From: Oligoflexus sp.
GTDB taxonomy: Bacteria; Bdellovibrionota_B; Oligoflexia; Oligoflexales; Oligoflexaceae
Assembly (NCBI GenBank): GCA_041736305.1
Contig: JBGSTX010000251.1
Span: forward strand, 1-10,490
Reading direction: 5' to 3'
Length of the DNA: 10,490 nt
The translations under genes were made by a program, and so were the position numbers. Below the pieces are notes generated by a model. It was not told where the DNA came from, searched no databases, and saw nothing but the letters and a program-made list of their open reading frames with translations. Numbering within the stretch: the stretch's first letter is position 1; each line of letters begins with the position of its first letter. Below, one piece after another: positions 1-7,292 of the stretch.

Positions 1-133
1 CTCGCTGATATAGGCAGGGAGAGGTCTGTGCTCTTGTTCTCGTTCGAAGAGAAAAGTCTCAAGATGATCAGCCAGAGTCTTGTAAGGAGCCTTGAGATGC
101 ATCGAATCAACTGCTTAAATTACCTACTCGCTC
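1..133 (+). mobile_element. 3' (oriIS-like) end of an IS91/ISCR-family rolling-circle element; the rest lies left of the window
   Basis: 86-133 is 44/48 identical to the reverse complement of 2514-2561, which lies downstream of an IS91-type transposase C-terminus. It ends ...GCTTAAATTACCTACTCGCTC, resembling the TT(G/A)AA.TTCCTAT oriIS motif. ISL3-like protein sequence stops at this point. Confidence 0.7.
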
Positions 134-1132
134 TCGAAACACTTCCCAGACCGACTTAGCATCCTTCTCACTGAAGAAGCTCAAGATGCGTTCTTTGTTT
201 AATTCCAGGTTGAAAAATGCCTCGTTATCTTTCATCACCTGTTGCATATGCAGCCGCTCTTCCTCTGTCCTTTTCCTTTCGGCTTTGAGAAAGACGAATC
301 TGTACTTACCTTTTGCTAGCTTCTTGACGGCTGATTGAGGCAGCATTTTGTAGAGTATTTTACGGGTATCATTGATGGCTTCCTCAAAGGCTTTCATCAG
401 GTGAAAGCGATCGAAAACCTGAATAGCATACAAGCAGTGCTCGCGGATTGAACAGGAATAGTCTTCGTGTTGGTCGGTAGCCACAACTTCGATTTGTTTG
501 CATCTTTCCGGTCCAAGCAGCGCAAAGAAGCGATCGAGTCCTGATCGACTGCGTGACTGTTCTACCCAGATGACCTTGTGAGTGCCTAGGTCTGTAATTA
601 CAGTGAAAAAGCGGTCATTTCTCGTCTCTCCCTCTTCGTGTTTCGAGCGAGCATAAACCTCGTCCACACTAAGATGGGTGAGCCCTTCGGGCAGTTTATA
701 GTCCTTGAAGTAGCGCTCCATTCGTTCAAGATCGACTCTCCATAAAGTCATCTTGCCACGCCCCATGAGGTCTGCTACCCGACTCACGGGAGCAATCTCG
801 CAGAGTCTTCCAAGCAAGAACGCGTAGCGACGGGTCAGATGAGGCTATTCGTGGGAGATAAAATCTACAGTTTCAAGACGGACCTTTCGACACGAGGAGC
901 AGCGGCCTTTGACCTGGGTAAAATGCACGAATGTCCGACATTCTAAGATGCGCATATCTTCTATCGCGCGCCTTTGTCGATTTCTGATGTTTTTTAACGG
1001 GGAACCACAGATCTGGCAAAGCATAGGCTTCGTATCAAGCCGATTAAGGTAGACGCGCACGACCGCGTCTTGTACGCGCATTTCTCGAACTTTGTAGCCA
1101 CCGAAGGGAAAAAGCTGATATAACTCTTCCAT
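134..1132 (-). pseudogene. ISL3-family transposase pseudogene (premature TAG at 845-847, C-terminus truncated near 134)
   Basis: ORFs 845..1132 and 107..817 are in the same frame: ...ISHE*PHLTRRYAFLLGRLCE... Zinc finger CQIC/CSSC, and LSVDE, ATDQH and FDRFH motifs typical of ISL3. About 333 codons before the oriIS-like junction; the C-terminal catalytic-Glu region is absent. Confidence 0.9.
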
Positions 1133-1202
1133 GAGTTCTACCTCTTTGCTTACTTGGTCTTGGTAAACGAAGTCTGCGAAAGAAAGAACTCATACGAAAG
1201 AG
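1124..1202 (-). promoter_or_regulatory. Stem-loop covering the RBS and start codon of the ISL3 transposase
   Basis: ATGAGTTCT (1131-1139) and AGAACTCAT (1185-1193) are perfect inverted repeats. Pairing extends with CTCTTCC (1124-1130) / GAAAGAG (1196-1202). The RBS AGAGGT and the AUG lie in the 3' arm of the mRNA stem. Confidence 0.55.
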
Positions 1203-1208
1203 AAATCT

Positions 1209-1251
1209 GGCGGTTGTCTTACTTCAGGTAAGAACCGCCTCTTTTGTTTTT
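1209..1251 (+). terminator. Intrinsic-terminator-like hairpin in the ISL3 left end, antisense to the transposase
   Basis: GGCGGTTGTCTTAC-TTCAG-GTAAGAACCGCC (2-nt bulge), followed by TCTTTTGTTTTT on the + strand. Confidence 0.5.
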
Positions 1252-1434
1252 GGCCGCAGCTGCTATTTTTTTGTTAAAGAACCGAACTGAATGGCGTCAT
1301 CCTGAACGGAAAAAGAATTTCGAATAAGACAATTCAATCTTCGCATTAGAAGCGTCAGTCAAGAAGCGCCGCCTTGCAGACGATAAGGATATTAACATTT
1401 CTTTACCGCCCCTTATAACTTGGAGGAAACTATA

Positions 1435-2100
1435 ATGCTTAGAATAGCCAGAGATGTCTACTTCCTGCTTATCACCACAACAGCCTTTGCCTGCAGTGGG
1501 GGGAGCTTTTTGGGCTCCGCAGGCAAAAATCGCGGCACACTTGCTGTCAAAAAAAACTCGGCTGAGGCCTCGGCCTTTGGAAGCACAGACTTGTCGACTC
1601 CCTGCTATGAAGCGTTGACAAGCCTTATCCCCTACTATGAAAGCGACGTTGGCGATAGCGAATTCATAGTTAAGGGTTTAGAATTTGCTAATATGCAGAC
1701 CTTGGTAACGGATCTAGCGAACTGGTATCAGCAGGAGGCGGAGGATACGACCCTCCGCGATATCCAGTCCGAAGATTATGATCCGGACATAGTCTTGGAA
1801 AATCTTTCCACGTATTCGCTGTCCTATGACGGCCTGGATAGCAGCCCAGATGAAGTCAGCTTAAGAATGTGGGATCCAACGAAGAAACCTGTCGCTGTCA
1901 ATCAGGTGCAGGCGCAACAGGTGCAACAGCATCAACAAGACGACTTCCAAATCGCGGGGGCCCTCGGCGCTGGAAATGCACTATGGCAGCAGCAAGTGCA
2001 AGCGGGCGCGGCGAAGCGGGCGCTGGACGAGGCGGCGCAGATGGGGCAGCAGAAGAAACCGAAGCCCTCGGGCGTCCTACCTGAAGACTACTACTGGTAA
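1435..2100 (+). CDS. Hypothetical lipoprotein (221 aa), acidic core and Gln-rich C-terminal part
   Basis: GGAGG at 1422-1426 precedes ATG 1435, a better start than TTG 1420. N-terminus MLRIARDVYFLLITTTAFA-C has a lipobox-like AFAC. Tandem stops TAA TAA and a hairpin follow. Confidence 0.8.
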   Translation: MLRIARDVYFLLITTTAFACSGGSFLGSAGKNRGTLAVKKNSAEASAFGSTDLSTPCYEALTSLIPYYESDVGDSEFIVKGLEFANMQTLVTDLANWYQQEAEDTTLRDIQSEDYDPDIVLENLSTYSLSYDGLDSSPDEVSLRMWDPTKKPVAVNQVQAQQVQQHQQDDFQIAGALGAGNALWQQQVQAGAAKRALDEAAQMGQQKKPKPSGVLPEDYYW

Positions 2101-2130
2101 TAAGAAGCCATAATTTCGGCTTGAACGGGC

Positions 2131-2160
2131 GCAGGGCCACGCTTTTAGGCGTGGCCCTGT
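2131..2160. terminator. GC-rich hairpin between convergent genes
   Basis: GCAGGGCCACGC-TTTTAG-GCGTGGCCCTGT, 30 bp after the stop at 2100; the U-tract is weak. Confidence 0.6.
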
Positions 2161-2222
2161 AATATTTGCTAGAGAAAATCGGGGAGATCCTTAGTGGGAG
2201 CTTTTGCGAGTGCAATACCTCC

Positions 2223-2513
2223 TTATAAGGGGCTTGGCTTGAGAAAGCGGACCTGAGATAATGCCGCGGGATCCACATCAATTTCGCTGTAGGAATCATC
2301 AGAGTCTTCGAGGGGTATATATTCATAGCGTTCGCCATTGGCAAAATAGAGCACCAGCTTCCCAGCATATTCTGTCGACCAACAGCTTTTCACCTCGGCC
2401 TCGGGTATCGAACTTGCCGTTGCCAAGCGAGCCTGAGTCTCCTCCTGCTGGGCAGATGGAAAAGGTTTGTTCGACAGATAGAATTCATCCTGACAGCCGC
2501 CAAGAGAGTCATT
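2223..2513 (-). pseudogene. 3' remnant of an unknown gene, cut off at its 5' end by the oriIS-like end
   Basis: The frame of ORF 2223..2426 stays open upstream (NDSLGGCQDEFYLSNKPFPSAQQEETQARLATAS...) to 2513. The first upstream in-frame stop falls inside the 48-bp repeat. Confidence 0.55.
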
Positions 2514-2860
2514 GAGCGAGTAGGTAATTTAAGCAAGCGATTCGATGCATCCCAAGGCTCCATGCTCGGGCCTACAATGCCTGAAAGCACAGTTTTATTT
2601 TATGAAGAGGGTTTGCGCGACGCCTTCGGGCCGACTGCCAGTGTGCTGATCGCTTTTAATGAGGGTGGTCAGGGCCGAAACGGCAATAGGCTTCCAGCTG
2701 AAGCGTTCCACAGATAAGTGGCGTCAGGCATAGTCATTCTGATCGAAGTGCAGATAGGACTGTTCGTAGCGCGGTGGCGCCCGAGCCTTGGGTCTTTGCT
2801 CGAGCCCGACATGGCGAAGATAACGAGCCACGGAGAACGGGTCGAGGATGGCACCGAGCC
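2514..2860 (-). mobile_element. IS91/ISCR-family remnant: transposase C-terminus (2860-2724), 3' UTR and oriIS-like end (2561-2514)
   Basis: An unlisted minus-strand frame reads LGAILDPFSVARYLRHVGLEQRPKARAPPRYEQSYLHFDQNDYA*, matching the I.DP....IL.HL...RAPP C-terminal signature of IS91/ISCR transposases. It is followed about 200 bp downstream by ...GCTTAAATTACCTACTCGCTC. Confidence 0.8.
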
Positions 2861-2951
2861 GTACGCCAGGCAGCGCACTGATCGGGTGGGTTAAAGTCCC
2901 ACTGATGCTCGGATAAGGGGCATCATATCCTAAGGCGGGGACACGAAGGCG
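2861..2951 (+). mobile_element. Group II intron 5' end (start of domain I), truncated; right boundary approximate
   Basis: GTACGCCAGGCAGCGCACTGATCGGGTGGGTTAAAGTCCCACTGATGCTCGGATAAGGGG: a GUGYG-like start (GUACG) and the GGGT-NAA-GTCCC stem, recognised from memory of bacterial group II intron 5' ends. It begins exactly where IS91 transposase similarity ends. No RT ORF follows. Confidence 0.65.
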
Positions 2952-3418
2952 CTCTTATCCGCTCTATCGCACCAAGGTGTTTGCAGACGGCATGGAATGG
3001 AAGATCAGCACGTGACCCTGGGAGAACTCGTTACGTCTTCTACCGGCAATAGAAGTAAGTGACCCTATAAGCATAGCGAAATGGGAAATGATGCGCAGGG
3101 AGTAGTCGGACGCCTGAATAGTACCATAAGCTTGGTGAAAGCCGTAAGCATAGCGATTGGTGGCTTTGAGTCCATGAGAATAAATCGAATGCGGCAAGTC
3201 AAAGTAGAGGGTCCATCCTCTGCTGAGATCTTCTATTCTATGGCGGCATGATTAGATTCTGATCTTCTAAGTGCTGTCTTCCGCCGCGATGGACCACTCA
3301 GTGACAAAGGCCTCCACAAGCCAAGAATACCCGCGGAATGTCGTAGAAAAAGCCAAAGCCAAATGCCAGACATTTTTGTTTTTGCATTAGAAAATCTGCG
3401 CAGGCCTGATCAATAGAA

Positions 3419-3808
3419 TTAAGTACCCATAGGCGAGGAAATTTCAACGATAAAACCATTCAGGTCTCGCACGAACGCCACGGTTTGTCCCCAAGTTTTT
3501 TTTTCGGGTTTGCTCAGAGCCACAGCACCTTTGGCGAGCGCATGGGCATAGGCCTGCTCTACTGTAGGAGTGATCAGGGCAATCTCACTTCCGGGTGGGT
3601 TCTTGTGTAACGATGTCCTTTCATATTTAAAGCCATGGCTTTCTCCTAAGCTATGCTTCACAAAACCTAATTTCGTTTCACCTGTCTTCATCTCTCCGTA
3701 GTCTTTGCCTTCATGAAGAAATCCTCTTTGCAGACCAAAAGCCTCTGCATAGAAGGTCATGGTCTGCTCGACATCGTCAACATACAAAAGCACATACCCT
3801 AGTTGCAT
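3419..3808 (-). CDS. VOC family (glyoxalase/bleomycin resistance-like) protein
   Basis: 129 aa with YVLLYVDDVEQTMTFYAEAFG...WGQTVAFVRDLNGFIVEI motifs; RBS AAGGAG upstream. Confidence 0.93.
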   Translation of the reverse strand: MQLGYVLLYVDDVEQTMTFYAEAFGLQRGFLHEGKDYGEMKTGETKLGFVKHSLGESHGFKYERTSLHKNPPGSEIALITPTVEQAYAHALAKGAVALSKPEKKTWGQTVAFVRDLNGFIVEISSPMGT

Positions 3809-4206
3809 CCGTCTTCTCCTTAAGGCTTATGTGGAATGAGCAAATATACACTGGCTGAATTGAGGAGTCATTCACTCCTTAAAACAAATCCCATACTTAA
3901 ATAATCATGCCCGCGGAAAATTTCAGGATAGATGTCGCTTCCCTGTCATCCAAGCGGTGAGGGTATAATTCCGCGGCATAAATTCCTTAGACTAGGCGCC
4001 CCGGCGAATCCGAATTAGGGAATAATAGCGACTTGAAATTGAGTTCGTTCAAGCGTCTAGGCCGTGGAGCGCGGGGTCGGCTGCCCACCCGACAAGCGCA
4101 ACGACCCAGCCAAATTTATAGTAGCGAAAAATACCAGCAATAAAACTCAAAATTGCAAGAATGCCAACGGGAGGGGTAAAATCCTAAGTTCTTCTGACGA
4201 CAAGCA

Positions 4207-4245
4207 TAATTAGTCTCTGGCGCTTAAAGCACCAGAGACTAATTA
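4207..4245. repeat. Near-perfect 39-bp palindrome
   Basis: TAATTAGTCTCTGG (4207-4220) and CCAGAGACTAATTA (4232-4245) form a perfect 14-bp inverted repeat around CGCTTAAAGCA. Confidence 0.85.
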
Positions 4246-4250
4246 AGTGG

Positions 4251-4284
4251 GGAGCCCGCGCAGGAACGCGGGCTTCAGTTTTTT
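4251..4284. terminator. GC-rich terminator-like hairpin directly after the 4283 stop codon
   Basis: GGAGCCCGCG-CAGGAA-CGCGGGCTTC followed by AGTTTTTT on the + strand. Confidence 0.6.
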
Positions 4285-6199
4285 ATTCCGCGGGTGCAAC
4301 TTCAGGTTTGCTGTACATGCGGAGTGAAGCCAGACCGAGCTGCGTATTGACCTTACGGTTGGTGCTGTTAGATGTGTTGCACTCAAGGCGGGTTTTACCC
4401 ACATATTCAAGGGCGAACTTGCCATCCTCAGTAATCGTTGGAATGCTACTGAAGGATATTGTCACATCAGACTGACCCTTGTCGCTGGTCAGTGTGCTTT
4501 GATCCACTGTTGCCGTGCCTATTGTTGCATCACCGTACTTCATAGTGTAGGTTCCGATGCCAACGGCGCGGAAGTTGGCGCCCAAACTGCGTGTGACCCT
4601 GGTAACGACAGATGGCGCTGCATCACCTGTATTCGTAAGATCTTTTTGAATTCTTGCCAGCAGATTGACTTTGCGCTCATCCTCATTGGTTAGTTGCTTT
4701 TCAGACTCAGGAGTCGTGCTTTCCTGCATCGTGATCAAATCTGAAATCTTAATTTCCCACTTTTGAGTATAAGTTTTTTCACGCGCGGACTCAGCTGAGT
4801 TGCATGCTGCGCTGACAACCGTTTCGTTGCTCTCGACTGCGTCGGCCGCTTTATTGAAAGGCATTGAGATTGTAAAATAATCTGCAACGACCAGCTCAGC
4901 TGTTTCTGGAACGGGTATTTTCTGCATCGCGTTGATATTGGTGGCTACATCAGGCCAGAGTCGGGCGCCATGATAGGCACGCAGGGCATGCCCACCAGAA
5001 GTTGGGCTGGCGAGATTTGAGGACAGAGCGTAAATTCCGTATTTGGAAAAAGGATCTTCGTAGCCACCACCATCCTTGGCGACTAGCAGACCCGATTCTT
5101 CACAGAGATCGAGGGTGAGGAGTGGCTCTGGCAAAGTACCGTCAACGCGAAGGCAACCCTTTAGGGTGGTTTTGACCAAAGAATAAGGTGCTCCTGTGTA
5201 AGAGGAGTCGTTGGTCCAGATATCATCGCTGTAGCAAACACCATAATTGTTGGAATTTACTTCAATGTAGACGGCTACATCGTTCATAACGAGCCGCTGT
5301 CCACAGCCATTGTTCATCAAAGTCGATGCTCCAATAATCCCTTCGGTGGGCCTGACGATGACCTGCACGAGACCCGTGCTATTCTTATACATACCATTTC
5401 TTAAGCTTGTGTAGCCTAGAGTCTCGGGATTTGTTGCAGTGCTATCGATCAGAGTATTGCTGCCCATGGCCAAATGGATTTCCATGTTGTCATTGCTGTC
5501 GAGGCTCATAAGGTGCTTCATAGTTTCGTCTTCAGTTTCATTTCTCAAACTTTCGCCAAGGTACCAGGTGGAATCCTTCCGCCCTAGAAGAATGTCGAAG
5601 GCTGCGCGATCTCCGAAGGAATCTTTGCAGCTAAAATAGAAAGTTTTGCCAAAATCTACAGTGTGGTTATCGCTGAATGTCGTAGCAGAACTGAAAGTTT
5701 TCAAGGTATAGGGCGGTACCTCTGTCACAGCGCTGCTATTAGCGCCTGTAACAACCGAGGCAACACGAGTTTCTGTGTGCCGTGGATCAAGACAAGGAAT
5801 CTCGTAGTTGGCAAGTCGTCCCACATATTCGTTGAGTCTCGATTCTACGCTATCGATGCGATTGCGAATATAGGCGGGACCAGCCTGGAAAAAAGCCTCG
5901 CGAGCTTCATAGGCAGCTTTACATGCATAGTATCCCTCGGTGCGTGTGTCACCATTGCCGCCGTGAACTCCGGTGCAGATGGCTGTGCTATCGGGCTCCG
6001 CCAGCCTCGTTGATGCCTTGAAGGCTGGAGGAGTCGCAGCTTCGACTTTAATGGCAAGGTTAAGGGGGCCAACCGCTATACCATTGACGAGTGTTTTTTC
6101 TGTTGCCGTGGTCACCGATTCATCACTGGAGCTGCTTTTTTTACCACAGGCAGTTGATGCCAGAACCATTGCGGTATAGATGGCTAATGTCTTTTTCAT
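4283..6199 (-). CDS. Large hypothetical lipoprotein (638 aa), Ser/Thr-rich with several Cys
   Basis: Long ORF. ATG 6199 has a GAGG RBS. MKKTLAIYTAMVLASTA-CGKKSSSSDES is a signal peptide II with a Ser/Thr linker. No recognised catalytic motif. Confidence 0.88.
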   Translation of the reverse strand: MKKTLAIYTAMVLASTACGKKSSSSDESVTTATEKTLVNGIAVGPLNLAIKVEAATPPAFKASTRLAEPDSTAICTGVHGGNGDTRTEGYYACKAAYEAREAFFQAGPAYIRNRIDSVESRLNEYVGRLANYEIPCLDPRHTETRVASVVTGANSSAVTEVPPYTLKTFSSATTFSDNHTVDFGKTFYFSCKDSFGDRAAFDILLGRKDSTWYLGESLRNETEDETMKHLMSLDSNDNMEIHLAMGSNTLIDSTATNPETLGYTSLRNGMYKNSTGLVQVIVRPTEGIIGASTLMNNGCGQRLVMNDVAVYIEVNSNNYGVCYSDDIWTNDSSYTGAPYSLVKTTLKGCLRVDGTLPEPLLTLDLCEESGLLVAKDGGGYEDPFSKYGIYALSSNLASPTSGGHALRAYHGARLWPDVATNINAMQKIPVPETAELVVADYFTISMPFNKAADAVESNETVVSAACNSAESAREKTYTQKWEIKISDLITMQESTTPESEKQLTNEDERKVNLLARIQKDLTNTGDAAPSVVTRVTRSLGANFRAVGIGTYTMKYGDATIGTATVDQSTLTSDKGQSDVTISFSSIPTITEDGKFALEYVGKTRLECNTSNSTNRKVNTQLGLASLRMYSKPEVAPAE

Positions 6200-6207
6200 G
6201 GAAATCC

Positions 6208-6521
6208 TCAATGAAACGAGTCAGCGATTTTTGTTTCGTTAGATGCATCGGTTGATGCTTTCCGGACTTTAGCTGTTAAGTATTCTTCGAACTTTTGGTT
6301 ATTTGGTGAAATTGGATCAGGACGTGTGGCAATAGAGGCAGCTACGCAAGGACCGATGACAGCGAGCAGTATTTTCACCCCATGATGGGAACAATAGAGA
6401 CCAAGGTCGGGGTCATGGTTAAACCCGAAAGACCAATAGCCCAAATCTTGCTTTTACGACGAATGCCACCCGTTCGTTTCCAATCGCGTAGCGACGGGCC
6501 AAACCAGTGATGATTCATCAG
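6208..6521 (-). pseudogene. YbaN/DUF454-family membrane protein fragment with a frameshift
   Basis: LMNHHWFGPSLRDWKRTGGIRRKSKIWAIGLSGLTMTPTLVSIVPIMG, then a frameshift in the C-run at 6378-6381, then VKILLAVIGPCVAASIATRP. This matches the NH.WFGP.L..W....I....K..AI pattern of YbaN. The N-terminal part is missing. Confidence 0.7.
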
Positions 6522-6745
6522 GGCAATAGGAAATGCAAACCTCATCATCTATTTCAGCTATTATTGGGAATTCCAGTTGAATTGCCGCAATCTTTTCCAA
6601 TTCTTCCGCTCAGAATCATTCTTCTATGAAGCCAGAACGTCGTGATCATAACTTTAGAAACGGGATATTTCGTTGTATTAGTGTGGCCTTAGATGGTTGG
6701 ACAATATTAGGCTTTTCCGCTAAAAGTGTGGGTGAGTGAATCTTT

Positions 6746-6819
6746 GTCTAGGACGGAGAGGAGCTTGCGCTCCTCGACCTCCTACACCACCGGACGTACG
6801 GTTCCGTATCCGGCGCTTC
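6746..6819 (-). mobile_element. Group II intron 3' end (domains V and VI), bacterial class C (IIC)-like remnant
   Basis: Minus strand GAAGCGCCGGATACGGAACCGTACGTCCGGTGGTGTAGGAGGTCGAGGAGC-GCAA-GCTCCTCTCCGTCCTAGAC: short DV with a CGC triad, then a DVI hairpin with a GNRA loop. Confidence 0.88.
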
Positions 6820-6879
6820 GTTTAAGCAGTTTCGAGATCTGCACCGAAAACTTATGGCGCATTGCTTGCACTCAGGTAC

Positions 6880-7122
6880 GTGCCTATATCTGTCGGGAAG
6901 ATAAGCCGGTATTTTTTCATAAAATCTCCGAGCCCAGTGACCAGGACATTGCAGAGCTCCTGGAGTCGATCATAGAGGCAGTCGAACTTTGTCTCAGCAA
7001 ATGTGGTCTGCTGGACGAAAAGCAAAACAGCGAAATCTCTGAAGATATGCAGAGCGTTGAGGCGGCGAGCCGCGCCTCGGTAACGCAAAGGATCGCCTTT
7101 GGTGAACGCTGTGGTCTGAGGT
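6880..7122 (+). pseudogene. IS91/ISCR-family transposase internal fragment (region just after the HUH motif)
   Basis: AYICREDKPVFFHKISEPSDQDIAELLESIIEAVELCLSKCGLL...ASVTQRIAFGERCGLR parallels the ISCR pattern F....APT..EL..L...I..RV.R.L.R.GLL...SITYRIA.G...G.KV. ORF 6726..7124 is a chimera of intron antisense sequence and this fragment. Confidence 0.82.
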
Positions 7123-7292
7123 GATATTTTGCAGAAAGCTGGGGAAGCCGCAGCTGCCTCGATTAAGGAATCAATTATTCTTTGGCGCGTTACAAGGTTC
7201 TCGCCCCTGCCACCGAGATGCAAACCCCATAGAAAGAGCAACGGGAAGTAGTTACAATTTAAAAAATCAGCCAACCGCCCAAAGGGTACAAG

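Larger units (their letters stand above)
134..1283 (-). mobile_element. ISL3-family insertion sequence, truncated (left end present, right end missing)
   Basis: The minus strand from 1283 reads GGTTCTTTAACAAAAAAATAGC, matching the GG(C/T)TCT start typical of ISL3 ends, 151 bp before the transposase ATG. No matching right IR is in the window. Confidence 0.8.

Noticed and set aside
86..2561. A single DDE transposon bounded by 48-bp terminal inverted repeats
   Set aside because: Identity is highest at the inner ends, the inner ends cut genes, and there is no target duplication outside. One copy follows an IS91 C-terminus, so these are ends of elements extending outward.
2390..2878. ORFs 2390..2590 and 2669..2878
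   Set aside because: They cross the oriIS or intron junctions in the wrong frame. The meaningful frame is 2860-2724.
3068..3156. 12-bp direct repeat TAAGCATAGCGA spaced 77 bp apart, CRISPR-like spacing
   Set aside because: Only two short copies, no third at the expected period, and no cas genes.
4049..4183. Minus-strand hydrophobic stretch DFTPPVGILAILSFIAGIFRYYKFGWVVALVGWAA
   Set aside because: It may be a membrane-protein scrap, but it has no clear start and no recognisable family.
821..6498. Exact 14-bp direct repeat CGCGTAGCGACGGG at 821-834 and 6485-6498
   Set aside because: Both copies are inside unrelated coding remnants, read in different frames, with no flanking similarity. One such match in 10 kb is compatible with chance.
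2861..6819. One large group II intron spanning from the 5' piece to the DV/DVI piece
   Set aside because: The pieces are on opposite strands and look like different classes. No RT ORF lies between them.
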